Shown: piece after piece, positions 19,131-27,742 of the stretch
How the letters are laid out: the number at the start of each line of letters is the position of its first letter
Numbering within the stretch: position 1 is the stretch's first letter
DNA from: an uncultured Chloroflexia bacterium
GTDB taxonomy: Bacteria > Chloroflexota > Limnocylindria > Limnocylindrales > CSP1-4
Assembly (NCBI GenBank): GCA_963829295.1
Contig: CAWHHU010000003.1
Span: 360,157 to 424,156, forward strand
Length of the DNA stretch: 64,000 bases
Direction of reading: 5' to 3'
Position numbers and translations under genes: made by a program
The notes under the pieces: generated by a model
Database searches by the model: none
What the model was told of the DNA's origin: nothing
What the model saw: only the letters and a program-made list of their open reading frames with translations

Positions 19131-19263
19131 CAGGCCGGCGGTCCCTGAATCACGAACCTCCGCCCATCATCGATGCCCTTCGGAGGACCGAGGCGACGCT
19201 CAGGCGAGCCATCGGTCCGAGGATTCCGAAGCGACGATCCGCGGGCCATCGGTCCGAGGATTG

Positions 19264-19614
19264 CTAGGCGCTGCGGGCGACCTCGGCGATGCGGCCGAAG
19301 GTCGTCGCGTCACGAACGGCGATGTCGGCCAGGATCTTCCGATCGAGGTCCACCCTGGCGCGCTTCAGGCCGGCGATCAGCCTGCCGTACGTGATGCCGT
19401 TGAGCCGGGCCGCCGCGTTGATCCGGATGATCCACAGCTCGCGCATGTCGCGCTTGCGCTGCTTCCGGTCCCGGGTCGCGTACGCCAGCGCATGCAGCTG
19501 GGCCTCGCGAGCGGGCTTGATGAGCTTGCGGCGGGTGCCCTTCCGGCCCTCGGCCGCGTTGAGCAGCCGCTTGTGCCGCTTGTGGGCCGTGACACCCCGC
19601 TTGACGCGTGCCAT
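19264..19614 (-). CDS. rplT: 50S ribosomal protein L20
   Basis: MARVKRGVTAHKRHKRLL...GRLIAGL is a near-universal L20 sequence. Confidence 0.95.
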   Translation of the reverse strand: MARVKRGVTAHKRHKRLLNAAEGRKGTRRKLIKPAREAQLHALAYATRDRKQRKRDMRELWIIRINAAARLNGITYGRLIAGLKRARVDLDRKILADIAVRDATTFGRIAEVARSA

Positions 19615-19623
19615 CGATCGCTC

Positions 19624-19821
19624 CTAGAGATACGGCAGCAGCCGGCGAAGCTGCTCCTGGTGCTCGGGACCCACGATGGCCTTGCCCGCGTAGCGGCGGG
19701 TCCGGCGCGACGACTTGATCTCGAGGTGGTGGCCCCGCCAGGACTTCACCCGCACAAACTTGCCACTGCCGGTGACGCCGACGCGCTTCTGCGTCCCCTT
19801 GTGGGTCTTCATCTTCGGCAC
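19624..19821 (-). CDS. rpmI: 50S ribosomal protein L35
   Basis: (V)PKMKTHKGTQKRVGVTGSGKFVRVKSWRGHHLEIKSSRRTRRY is the L35 signature. GTG start at 19821 is preceded by GAGG. 65 aa. The longer track ORF 19624..20172 is a read-through artefact. Confidence 0.9.
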   Translation of the reverse strand: MPKMKTHKGTQKRVGVTGSGKFVRVKSWRGHHLEIKSSRRTRRYAGKAIVGPEHQEQLRRLLPYL

Positions 19822-19828
19822 GCTGGCC

Positions 19829-20638
19829 TCACTCTCCTGCTGGCGACGCCTCGGCCGCCTGGGCCGGTGGCGCTGGCTGCTGAACCGCGGCCGTTGCGGT
19901 CTGGTCGGTGGCTGCTTCGGTCTGGTCGGTGGCTGCTTCGGTCTGAACCGCGGCCGTTGCGGTCTGGTCGGTGGCTGCTTCGGTCTGAACCGCGGCCGTT
20001 GCGGTCTGGTCGGTGGCTGCTTCGGTCTGAACCGCGGCCGTTGCGGTCTGGTCGGTGGCTGCTTCGGTCTGAACCGCGGCCGTTGCGGTCTGGTCGGTGG
20101 CTGCTTCTGGCTCCTCTGGCCTGGGTCCCGGGCTGCGATGCTCGTGGACTCTCGGCTTGTGCACGGAGGCAAGCGTCATGAACATCGACTTGCCCTCGAG
20201 CACCGGTGTGCGGTCGACGGTGCCGTGGTCCTTCACGGCGTCGCCGAACCTCGCGAGGAGGTTCCGCCCGAGCTCCGGATGGGTCAGCTCCCGGCCCCGG
20301 AACCGGACGGTCACCTTGATCCGATCGCCATCCTCGAGGAACTCGATCGCCCGGTGGACCTTGGTCTCGAAGTCACCCGTGCCGATCTTCGGCGAGAGGC
20401 GGACCTCCTTGAACTCAACGGCCCGCTGCTTTCGCTTGGCCTCTTTCTCGCGCTTCGTCAGCTCGTACTTGTACTGCCCGAAATCGAGAAAGCGGACGAC
20501 CGGAGGAGCCGCGGTGGGCGCCACCTCCACGAGGTCGAGCCCCCGGTCCTGCGCCATCGTCATGGCCTGCGGCGTCGGCATGACGCCGAGCTGCGAGCCG
20601 TCCTCGTCGACGACCCGGACCTGAGGGACTCGGATCAT
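19829..20638 (-). CDS. infC: Translation initiation factor IF-3 with ~110-aa repetitive Ala/Thr/Gln-rich C-terminal extension
   Basis: The core is MIRVPQVRVVDEDGSQLGVM...DLVEVAP.A.PPVVRFLDFGQYKYE...EVRLSPKIGTGDFETKV...FLEDGDRIKVTVRFRGRE. It is followed by (EAATDQT/ATAAVQT)n heptad repeats. Confidence 0.9.
   Translation of the reverse strand: MIRVPQVRVVDEDGSQLGVMPTPQAMTMAQDRGLDLVEVAPTAAPPVVRFLDFGQYKYELTKREKEAKRKQRAVEFKEVRLSPKIGTGDFETKVHRAIEFLEDGDRIKVTVRFRGRELTHPELGRNLLARFGDAVKDHGTVDRTPVLEGKSMFMTLASVHKPRVHEHRSPGPRPEEPEAATDQTATAAVQTEAATDQTATAAVQTEAATDQTATAAVQTEAATDQTATAAVQTEAATDQTEAATDQTATAAVQQPAPPAQAAEASPAGE
19876..20108. repeat. About 5.5 copies of a 42-bp (2 x 21 bp) in-frame tandem repeat inside the infC 3' region
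   Basis: Units ggtctggtcggtggctgcttc / ggtctgaaccgcggccgttgc alternate. On the minus strand they encode EAATDQT/ATAAVQT. Confidence 0.85.
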
Positions 20639-20979
20639 CTGATTGACACGCAGGTCTCGGCTGATGACGTGGTCCCTTTGTTAGAACGGTGTTGGGTTTG
20701 CGGCGCGTGCGGGGAAGCACCCGGCGCGGTCGCCGCGGGAGGATAGCACACGCGTTCTCGGGGTCGCAATGAAGCCGACCCCCGTTGAGACGGCGTGCAG
20801 AGCGCTGGCAGGGGCGACTCGCCCGGGCCCGTGGAACCGTATCCTCGGATCCCCTCGTCCTTGCCAGCGTGAGGCAGCCCGGGCGCCGCCGACGTTGCCC
20901 GGCACGAGGAGCCGGCCGCGCTGGCGGCACGTTCTCCGCGTACCGGCTGCGCCTCCATCGTCCCGCCGTTGGCTGATGT

Positions 20980-22848
20980 TCAGCTCAGGCGCCGCTCGCG
21001 CGCCTCATCAGCCAGCCGGGTGGCGAGGTCGGTCCAGCCGACCCCCTGCTCCTGCGAGCCGTCGCGCCGGCGGACGGAGACCGTCCTGGCCTCGACCTCG
21101 CGGTCGCCGAGGATGAGCATGTACGGCACCTTCTGGCCCTGCGCGAGCCGGATCTTGTTCTGCATCCGGTTATCCGAGTCGTCCACCTCGACGAACCGCA
21201 GCCCGGCGGCGCGCAGCGCGTCCGCCAGCTCGCGAGCCGCATCGACGTGGCGATCGGCGATCGGGATCACCACCGCCTGAACCGGCGCGCACCACAGCGG
21301 GAACGCGCCCGCGAAGTGCTCGGTCAGCACCCCGATGAACCGTTCCAGCGAGCCGTACACGGCGCGGTGGATCGCGACCGGCCGCTGCTGCGTGCCGGCC
21401 TCGTCGATGTAGGTCAGGTCGAACCGCTCGGGCAGCATCACCCGGTCCACCTGGATCGTCGCGGTCTGCCACTCACGGCCCAGCGCGTCGGTGATCTGGA
21501 TGTCGATCTTGGGCGCGTAGAAGGCGCCGTCCTTCTCCTTCACGCGATACTGGAGCCCCGAGCGGTCGAGCTCGGTGCGCATGATCGCCTCGGTCTCCGC
21601 CCACACGGCCGGGTCGCCCAGGGCCTTGTCGGGCCGGGTGCCGAAGGTGAGCGTCGGCGTCAGCCCGAACCACGAGTATGCCTCGCGGATCTCGCCCATC
21701 AGCGCCTCGATCTCGGCCGCGATCTGGTCCGGACGCACGAAGATGTGCGCGTCATCGGTCACGAAGTGGCGGACGCGGGTCAGGCCCGACAGCACCCCCG
21801 ACAGCTCGTTGCGGTGGAGGACCCCGTATTCGGACAGGCGCAGCGGCAGGTCGCGGTACGAGCGCAGCCGAGATCGGTACAGGAATGACGACTCGGGGCA
21901 GTTCATCGGCTTGAGGCTGAACCACTGATCCTCGACGTCGACCAGGTACATGTTGTCGCGGTAGAGGTCCCAGTGCCCGGAGCGCTCCCACAGCTTCTGG
22001 TGGACGAGGGGCGGCGTGTAAATTTCGTCGTACCCGCGCCGGTCCTGGAGCTCGCGCATCGCGTCGCGCAGCGTCCGGTACAGCCGCCAGCCCTTGGGAT
22101 GCCAGAAGGCGGCACCCGGTGAGACGTCATGGAAGCTGAACAGGTCGAGCTGGACGCCCAGCTTGCGGTGGTCGCGCTTCCGGGCCTCCTCCCGCTGCCA
22201 CAGGTAGTGATCGAGCGCCTGCTGCGTCTCCCAGACCGTCCCATAGATCCGCTGCAGCGACTGGCGCGACTGATCGCCTCGCCAGTACGCGGCCGAGACC
22301 GCAAGCAGCTTGAAGGGCCCGATCCTGCCGGTGGACTCGACGTGCGGCCCACGGCACAGGTCGCGGAACGGACCGTGTTCGAAGAAGCTGACCGGTGGCA
22401 TCGGCTCACCCGTCTCGGCCGCCCTGCGCGCCAGGTCGTCGAGGATCTCGACCTTGAACGGTTGACCCGCGCGCTCTTCGATCGCACGCCCCTCGTCGAA
22501 CGGGACCTCACGGCGCACGAAGGCGTGATCGGCCGCGATGCTGCTCCGCATCCGCGCCTCGATCGCCTCGAGGTCGTCCGGGGTCAGTGGTCGCGGGAGG
22601 TCGAAGTCGTAGTAGAAGCCGTTCGCGATCGCCGGCCCAATGCCCAGCCTGGCATCCGGGAACAGGTCGAGCACGGCCTCTGCCATCACATGAGCAGCGG
22701 AGTGGCGCATGGCGTCGATGGGCGCCTGCGCGCCGGCGTCGAGCAGCTCGTCGGCCGACCCTCGCGATGATGCCTCGAAGGCCAGCTCCTCGTCGTCATC
22801 GGGCCGCCCGTCCTGGACCTGTGCCTGATCGTCCGTCATGTCATCCAC
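20980..22848 (-). CDS. thrS: Threonyl-tRNA synthetase lacking the N-terminal TGS domain
   Basis: Second additional domain HxxxH (RHSAAHVMAEAV). Class II motifs. Anticodon-binding domain. The RHSxAH motif begins ~45 aa from the start, versus ~70 in E. coli ThrRS. The N-terminus is acidic (MDDMTDDQAQVQDGRPDDDEE). Confidence 0.95.
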   Translation of the reverse strand: MDDMTDDQAQVQDGRPDDDEELAFEASSRGSADELLDAGAQAPIDAMRHSAAHVMAEAVLDLFPDARLGIGPAIANGFYYDFDLPRPLTPDDLEAIEARMRSSIAADHAFVRREVPFDEGRAIEERAGQPFKVEILDDLARRAAETGEPMPPVSFFEHGPFRDLCRGPHVESTGRIGPFKLLAVSAAYWRGDQSRQSLQRIYGTVWETQQALDHYLWQREEARKRDHRKLGVQLDLFSFHDVSPGAAFWHPKGWRLYRTLRDAMRELQDRRGYDEIYTPPLVHQKLWERSGHWDLYRDNMYLVDVEDQWFSLKPMNCPESSFLYRSRLRSYRDLPLRLSEYGVLHRNELSGVLSGLTRVRHFVTDDAHIFVRPDQIAAEIEALMGEIREAYSWFGLTPTLTFGTRPDKALGDPAVWAETEAIMRTELDRSGLQYRVKEKDGAFYAPKIDIQITDALGREWQTATIQVDRVMLPERFDLTYIDEAGTQQRPVAIHRAVYGSLERFIGVLTEHFAGAFPLWCAPVQAVVIPIADRHVDAARELADALRAAGLRFVEVDDSDNRMQNKIRLAQGQKVPYMLILGDREVEARTVSVRRRDGSQEQGVGWTDLATRLADEARERRLS

Positions 22849-23142
22849 TCCCGAGAATCACAGAACCTCTCGTCCCGACAGGACGAGAGGTCCGACCTCC
22901 CGCGGTTCCACCCGCCTTCACGGTGCGGCACCCTGAGGGCCGCCGTTGCCGTGCGCTCGTGCCGCGCTAACGGGCGGATCCCGGGCCGGTTCGCCGGCCG
23001 CTCACGGGTGGTGCCGCCACCGGTCGGATCGGTCGGGGCTCACAGCCGATGGCCCCGGCTCTCTGGCGATCTCGCGGTGGAGCGTGTCCCGCTCAACGCG
23101 TTGCTTCTGTGTCGCTGCCGGCGGCACGCGGCCGACCGACGA
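22849..23142 (-). promoter_or_regulatory. T-box leader (probable Thr specifier) upstream of thrS
   Basis: The minus strand contains the T-box consensus GGGTGGAACCGCGG (forward 22901-22914). It is immediately followed by a terminator hairpin ACCTCTCGTCC-TGTCGG-GGACGAGAGGT (forward 22866-22892) and an AGAGAG GA-motif. ACC triplets lie in the putative stem I region (~23000-23090). Confidence 0.55.
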
Positions 23143-23219
23143 TGGTGGGCGATACTGGACTCGAACCAGTGACCTCATGCATGTCAAGCATGCGCTCTAA
23201 CCAGCTGAGCTAATCGCCC
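23143..23219 (-). tRNA. tRNA-Val (anticodon GAC), CCA encoded
   Basis: The minus strand reads GGGCGATTAGCTCAGCTGGTTAGAGCGCATGCTTGACATGCATGAGGTCACTGGTTCGAGTCCAGTATCGCCCACCA. This gives a cloverleaf with a 7-bp acceptor stem, anticodon stem CATGC/GCATG and loop TTGACAT. Confidence 0.9.
23179..23219. repeat. attL core: 41-nt direct repeat, equal to tRNA-Val nt 1-41
   Basis: Identical to 47769..47815 apart from a 6-nt CTCTAA duplication in the distal copy. Confidence 0.8.
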
Positions 23220-23282
23220 GATGATTTTGTCGAGCTCCTGTTCGGGTTCACCCGATAACTGGTTCTCGACGATCCTGGCCTC

Positions 23283-23311
23283 TTGACCATGGCGCTCGTA
23301 CACCCTATAAC
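23283..23311 (+). promoter_or_regulatory. Sigma70-like promoter TTGACC-17-TATAAC upstream of the integrase gene
   Basis: Near-consensus -35/-10 with 17-bp spacing, ~40 nt upstream of the int ATG. Confidence 0.4.
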
Positions 23312-23350
23312 TAACGTGGTTCCAACCCGCCGATCCGGGGAGCACGAACG

Positions 23351-24337
23351 ATGACCGGTCAAGCGGCCAAGGCCGCGATTGTAGCAACCGAGGGCGACCT
23401 CGGCGCCAACCTCGCCCGCTTCCGGCGCAGCCTGCGCGCCGAGAACGTCAGCCCCAACACGCTCCTCGCCTACGGTGGCGCGGTCGAGCGGCTCGCCGGC
23501 TACCTGACGGCCGAGGCAATGCCGACCGATGTTGGCGCCATTCGCCGCGAGCACATCGAGGCGTTCATCGCGGACGCGCTCGAGCGCTTCAAGCCCGCGA
23601 CCGCCAACCACCGCTTCCGCGGCGTCCAGCGCTTCTTCAACTACCTCGTCGATGAGGGCGAGCTGGCGGCGTCGCCAATGGCCCGGATGCGGCCGCCGCG
23701 CATTCCCGACGACCCGCCCGCGGTCCTGTCCCGGGCCGACCAGGCGCGCCTGCTCACGGCCTGCGAGGGCGCCGACTTCGAGGCGCGGCGCGACCGGGCG
23801 ATCATCAGCGTGTTCCTTGATACCGGGGCCCGTCGGGCCGAGGTGGCCGGTCTGCGCTGGACGCCCGCGGATGACGCGACCAACGACGCCGACCTCGACG
23901 GTCGCGCGATCAGGGTCCTCGGCAAGGGCCGGCGCGAACGGCTGGTCAGGATCGGCCACAAGACCGTCAAGGACCTCGATCGCTACCTCGCCCTGCGGGC
24001 GCGCCACCCGCAGGCGCACCTGGCCGCCCTGTGGATTGGTCGCCGCGGCGCGCTGACCGACTCGGGCATCGGGCAGCTCGTCCAGGAGCGGGGCCGGGCG
24101 GCCGGGCTCGGCGACAACCTCCATCCGCATCAGCTGCGGCACACCTTCGCCCATGAATGGTTGGCGGCCGGCGGAAACGAGGGCGATCTCATGCGGCTCG
24201 CGGGCTGGCGCTCGCGAGCGATGCTCCAGCGCTACGCGGCGTCGACCGCCCAGGACCGCGCGCTCGCTGCCCACGATCGGATCTCAGCCCAAGGATCGCC
24301 TCTGAGGAGACTTGGTCGCTCCGGCCCCGGAACTTAA
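23351..24337 (+). CDS. int: Tyrosine recombinase / phage-type integrase (XerC/XerD-like)
   Basis: N-terminal SAM-like core-binding domain. Catalytic R...HxxR...Y ([28 protein letters not shown]). Confidence 0.9.
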   Translation: MTGQAAKAAIVATEGDLGANLARFRRSLRAENVSPNTLLAYGGAVERLAGYLTAEAMPTDVGAIRREHIEAFIADALERFKPATANHRFRGVQRFFNYLVDEGELAASPMARMRPPRIPDDPPAVLSRADQARLLTACEGADFEARRDRAIISVFLDTGARRAEVAGLRWTPADDATNDADLDGRAIRVLGKGRRERLVRIGHKTVKDLDRYLALRARHPQAHLAALWIGRRGALTDSGIGQLVQERGRAAGLGDNLHPHQLRHTFAHEWLAAGGNEGDLMRLAGWRSRAMLQRYAASTAQDRALAAHDRISAQGSPLRRLGRSGPGT

Positions 24338-24491
24338 GGTCTGGACGATCGTCTTTGTGTCGGGATGGTCCGGCTTACGAAGCGGATGGGGCTGCCCTCG
24401 AGCGTCGACGCGTTAGCGGGCGCTCTTTGACACGGCCCGCTCCTTACGGCACGGAGAGGGACTGGTCAATCGACGCCGCGTGGATCCTCGT

Positions 24492-25304
24492 ATGCGCCTG
24501 ACCATCCGGAAGACCGCGACCCTGCTGGCCGCGATCGGCCTCATCGCCATCATGATGCCGCTCCAAGCTGCCCCGGTCCTGGCATCGGGGTCGTCGCAGT
24601 TCGACACCAACTACAACAACTACTGCATCCATGGATACCACAACGTCGAGCCGTATGGCTATGACTGGGTTCGGGCCGACGCGTCCGGCGACCCGAATGA
24701 TGTCGGCTCGCGCATCCTCGGAGCTCGTGGGAAGATAACCGCTCGCGCCCTCTGGCCGTGCCTCGACGGCGACGGGTTCTATGTGAGCAAGAGCCTGATC
24801 TTGGCGGCCGACATCCAGAGCGACGCGTCGAGAGATGGGGCCTACAACTTCGCCCAAGCGGGCCTTGGCAAGATCAACTACCAGTCTGGCCTCTACCAGT
24901 GTTCCGGCCAGGACCAGATGGTCAACGACCAGACACACTTTATCTACGTGCCCGACCCGACCGACACCGCCAATGGTGGTGGCAATTTCTGTCGCGCGGG
25001 CTTCGTCGACTTCAACAACGATGGCGTACCGGATGATCCAATCGGTGGCCGCCAGTACCTCATCTCGGTATTCGAGCACAACACCTCAAGCGGCGCGAAG
25101 AAATGGCGCTACTGCTTCGAAGACCTGTACACGTTGGCGACCTCATGCAAGAACACGCCACGGACGACGAACAAATGGCGGCGTCTCGGGCCACAATGCA
25201 GCATGGTGGGGATGCGAGATCGGCAACCAGGAGAATGCGCTCGGCACCCCAACCGACGTCAGCGCGACCACGATTTCGCAATCGCAGTACAAGAAGGCGT
25301 CTGA
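24492..25304 (+). CDS. Secreted hypothetical protein (signal peptide; Tyr/Trp/Asn-rich), probably frameshifted and continuing to 25452
   Basis: MRLTIRKTATLLAAIGLIAIMMPLQAAPVLASG is a signal peptide. The region is low-GC. The overlapping frame 24835..25452 carries a protein-like C-terminus (GQWWYTEDSNLVNNPWHTSLGNPWYFTYAQSQAGTGESVTCFTYSHTT). Confidence 0.45.
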   Translation: MRLTIRKTATLLAAIGLIAIMMPLQAAPVLASGSSQFDTNYNNYCIHGYHNVEPYGYDWVRADASGDPNDVGSRILGARGKITARALWPCLDGDGFYVSKSLILAADIQSDASRDGAYNFAQAGLGKINYQSGLYQCSGQDQMVNDQTHFIYVPDPTDTANGGGNFCRAGFVDFNNDGVPDDPIGGRQYLISVFEHNTSSGAKKWRYCFEDLYTLATSCKNTPRTTNKWRRLGPQCSMVGMRDRQPGECARHPNRRQRDHDFAIAVQEGV

Positions 25305-26269
25305 CGGACAATGGTGGTACACCGAAGACAGCAACCTCGTCAACAACCCTTGGCACACCAGCCTGGGCAATCCCTGGTACTTCACCTACGCGCAATCCCA
25401 GGCCGGCACCGGTGAGTCAGTGACCTGCTTCACCTACTCGCACACCACCTGATAGCGGCTCACGCCACCGCAACAAGGGGCCCCGCGGCTTCCCGCGGGG
25501 CCTCCGCGGGCCAGGGCAACTGGCTCATGGCCCGCGCACCGTCGACCTCCTCTTGGGAACAGGGACGGTCGAAGCCCGGCCCCACCCGAGGCTTATGGGG
25601 TCCTGGGAGGGCGTTGGGGTAGTAGCACCAATACCCATCGGCGCCTGCGGTGGCATCGGGTCCGAACGTTTGATACGCGGGCAGGTAGACTGGCGCTGGG
25701 CGGTTCAGGTCCTGAACGAGAACAAGCCCGACTGCCGAGAGCACAACGAGCGCAACGGCCATAGACAGCCTACGCATCGGCGGGCCGCCTCCAGGGAGGA
25801 GCAGAGCCCACGCGAACAGCGCCGACGCGGCCAAGACTACGAGCGGCGCATGGCGAGTGACGGGGTGCGCGAGTCCACCGAGGGCACTTGGGCCCCGCAG
25901 TGCCTCGTGGACCGGGACCGCGACCACCATGGCCGCTGGGGATGGACGGCCGCGACACGATTCGGGGGCCGTGCCGGCCGGCTTGGCTGAAGATGGATTG
26001 CGATGCGATCACTGTTTGGCCGACGCCGGAAATGACGGTGCATAGCCGAAAGTCTTCATCCAAGAATGTTATGCCCTGACTCTCGCCTGCATCTACGGGA
26101 AACCCCGCAAGAAGGCCCTGAGCTGTGCTTGGTTCGACCGAGCCTGCGTCACATTGCAGGAAGATGACGGCCATCGACGCGCCGATCCGTTCCAATGAAC
26201 CGTCACTCCTTCGGTTCGCGCAGGAGCATGCGCAGGGTGGTGACGGTCGGGGTCGGTGTCGGCGGCTAA

Positions 26270-27291
26270 GGGCCTGTGGCCGAATTCTCCCGTTCGGATC
26301 GGCCTGTTGTGACGCCTGAGCTGTCACCGCGGCTCGGCAGACTGCGGGCATGGCGTTCGCGATCGCTCTCTCCGACGAGCAGTGGGAGCTGGTGGCGGAC
26401 CTGTTCGATCCGCCCCGCCGACGCGGTGCGCCGGCCGTGATCCCGCGGCGCCAGATGGTCGACGCGATGCTGTTCATCGGGCGGACCGGGATCCAGTGGC
26501 GCTACCTGCCCGAGCGCTACGGGTCCTGGACCGCCGTCTGGGCCCAGTGGCGCCGCTGGCGCGCCAACGGGGTGTGGGCGGCGGCGATGACGAGGCTCGT
26601 CGCGGTCGTGCGCCGGTTTCACGAGCGCGAGCCGATCCCGTCGATGGTGATGGTCGACGCCCAGACCGTGAAGGGCGCCCGCTACGGGCCGACGTTCCAT
26701 GCGGCCGGCGGCCGGGGTGGCCGGACGATCGCACCAAGCGCACGCTGCTCGTCGAGATCCTGGGCCTGCCTGTCGCCGCGGCGGCCTGCTCGGCCCGGCC
26801 GCATGACGTGGTCGCTGGCCGGGAGCTCCTGCGCGAGCGGATCGACACCCTGCCGCGCCTCCGGGCGATCGTCGGCGACCGTGCCTATCGCGGCCTGGCC
26901 AAGCTCGCTGCCCGCAAGCGGCTCGCGCTCGACATCAAGGCGCCGCCGCCGGGTGCCAGCGGCTTCACCCCGCTGTGGCCGCTGTACAAGGTCGAGCACG
27001 CGATCGCCCAGCCCGGTCGCTGGCGCCGGCTGTCGCGCTGCGACGAGGGCAGCGAGGCGTCCGCCCGGGCGTGGCTCGAGGTCGCCTCGGTCGGCTATCT
27101 CGCCTGGCGCGCCTCGATCTGACCGCACCATCCCATCAGCCCCGGTGCGCGGTCACCTCCACCTGCTCCCGGCCTTGGCACCGACGCCCCACGGCTCACG
27201 CACGCGCGGCTTCGGGGCTTGGTCTCCATGCGTCCAGGACCCAGCCGGTCGCGAGGCTGCCAGCTGGCGTTCCCGAATTCGGCCACAGGCC
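26270..27291. mobile_element. IS5-family (IS427-group-like) insertion sequence, 1022 bp, perfect 18-bp terminal IRs, 3-bp TAA target-site duplication
   Basis: IR-L GGGCCTGTGGCCGAATTC (26270-26287) and IR-R GAATTCGGCCACAGGCCC (27274-27291). Both ends are flanked by TAA (26267-26269 and 27292-27294). Confidence 0.85.
26350..27122 (+). CDS. IS5-family transposase (DDE) in two frames joined by a -1 frameshift (programmed or mutational)
   Basis: Frame A (26350-~26720) has LSDEQWELVADLFDPP....IPRRQMVDAMLFIGRTGIQWRYLPERYGSWTAVWAQWRRWRANGVW...VMVDAQTVKGARYGPTFHAAGG. Frame B (~26700-27122) has DDRTKRTLLVEILGLPVAAAACSARPHDVV...IVGDRAYRG, which is the DDE core. Confidence 0.75.
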
Positions 27292-27742
27292 CTAAGCAAT
27301 TCCGCCGCCCGCTGCCGTGGCGCTGGGCCCGGAGGCGAACGCACTCGACCTCGGCGAGGTCTCGGGACGCGGCGACGTGGACCCGTCGTCGCGCTCGGGC
27401 AAACCAGCCCGGCTCCGTGCGCCGGTCCCTCGAGCGTCCGGGCCAGCAAGTGATCTGCCTGGTTGACATGCGACGGCCGTCGTCGCTCGCAGCGTCAGGC
27501 GGCGCTCGACCGTCGCTTGGCTGGCGCCGCGCAGCGGTTCGGCATCAGGCGACTCGGCCCGGTCGCTCTGGTGTAGGCCCCTGGGCGGCATGGAATCGCA
27601 GAGCGAAGTCGCGTTTCGGGACAGGCCGCTGCCACGCACGTCGCCTGGTCGTGCCGATCGTCGCGAACGGGTCGTGACCAGGTCGCGGCTATCGGTCCTG
27701 GACGCGCCGGGGACGCGACCGTCCGCGCGACACGCGCCCGGC

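Noticed and set aside
19860-20110. CRISPR-like regular repeats
   Set aside because: Units are contiguous, with no spacers. They are 42 bp in a 21+21 alternation, in-frame within infC and encoding heptad repeats. No cas genes are present. They are coding tandem repeats, not a CRISPR array.
18679-20181. 500-aa + strand ORF with GRWLLRSEPRPLRS repeats
   Set aside because: It is the reverse-strand reading of the infC repeat array. It overlaps rplT, rpmI and infC and has no independent support.
25460-25930. Small membrane protein ORF (minus strand) and ORF 25770..26477 (-)
   Set aside because: Weak support: no family, overlapping ORFs, partly overlapping the IS left end. Possibly a remnant. Not called.
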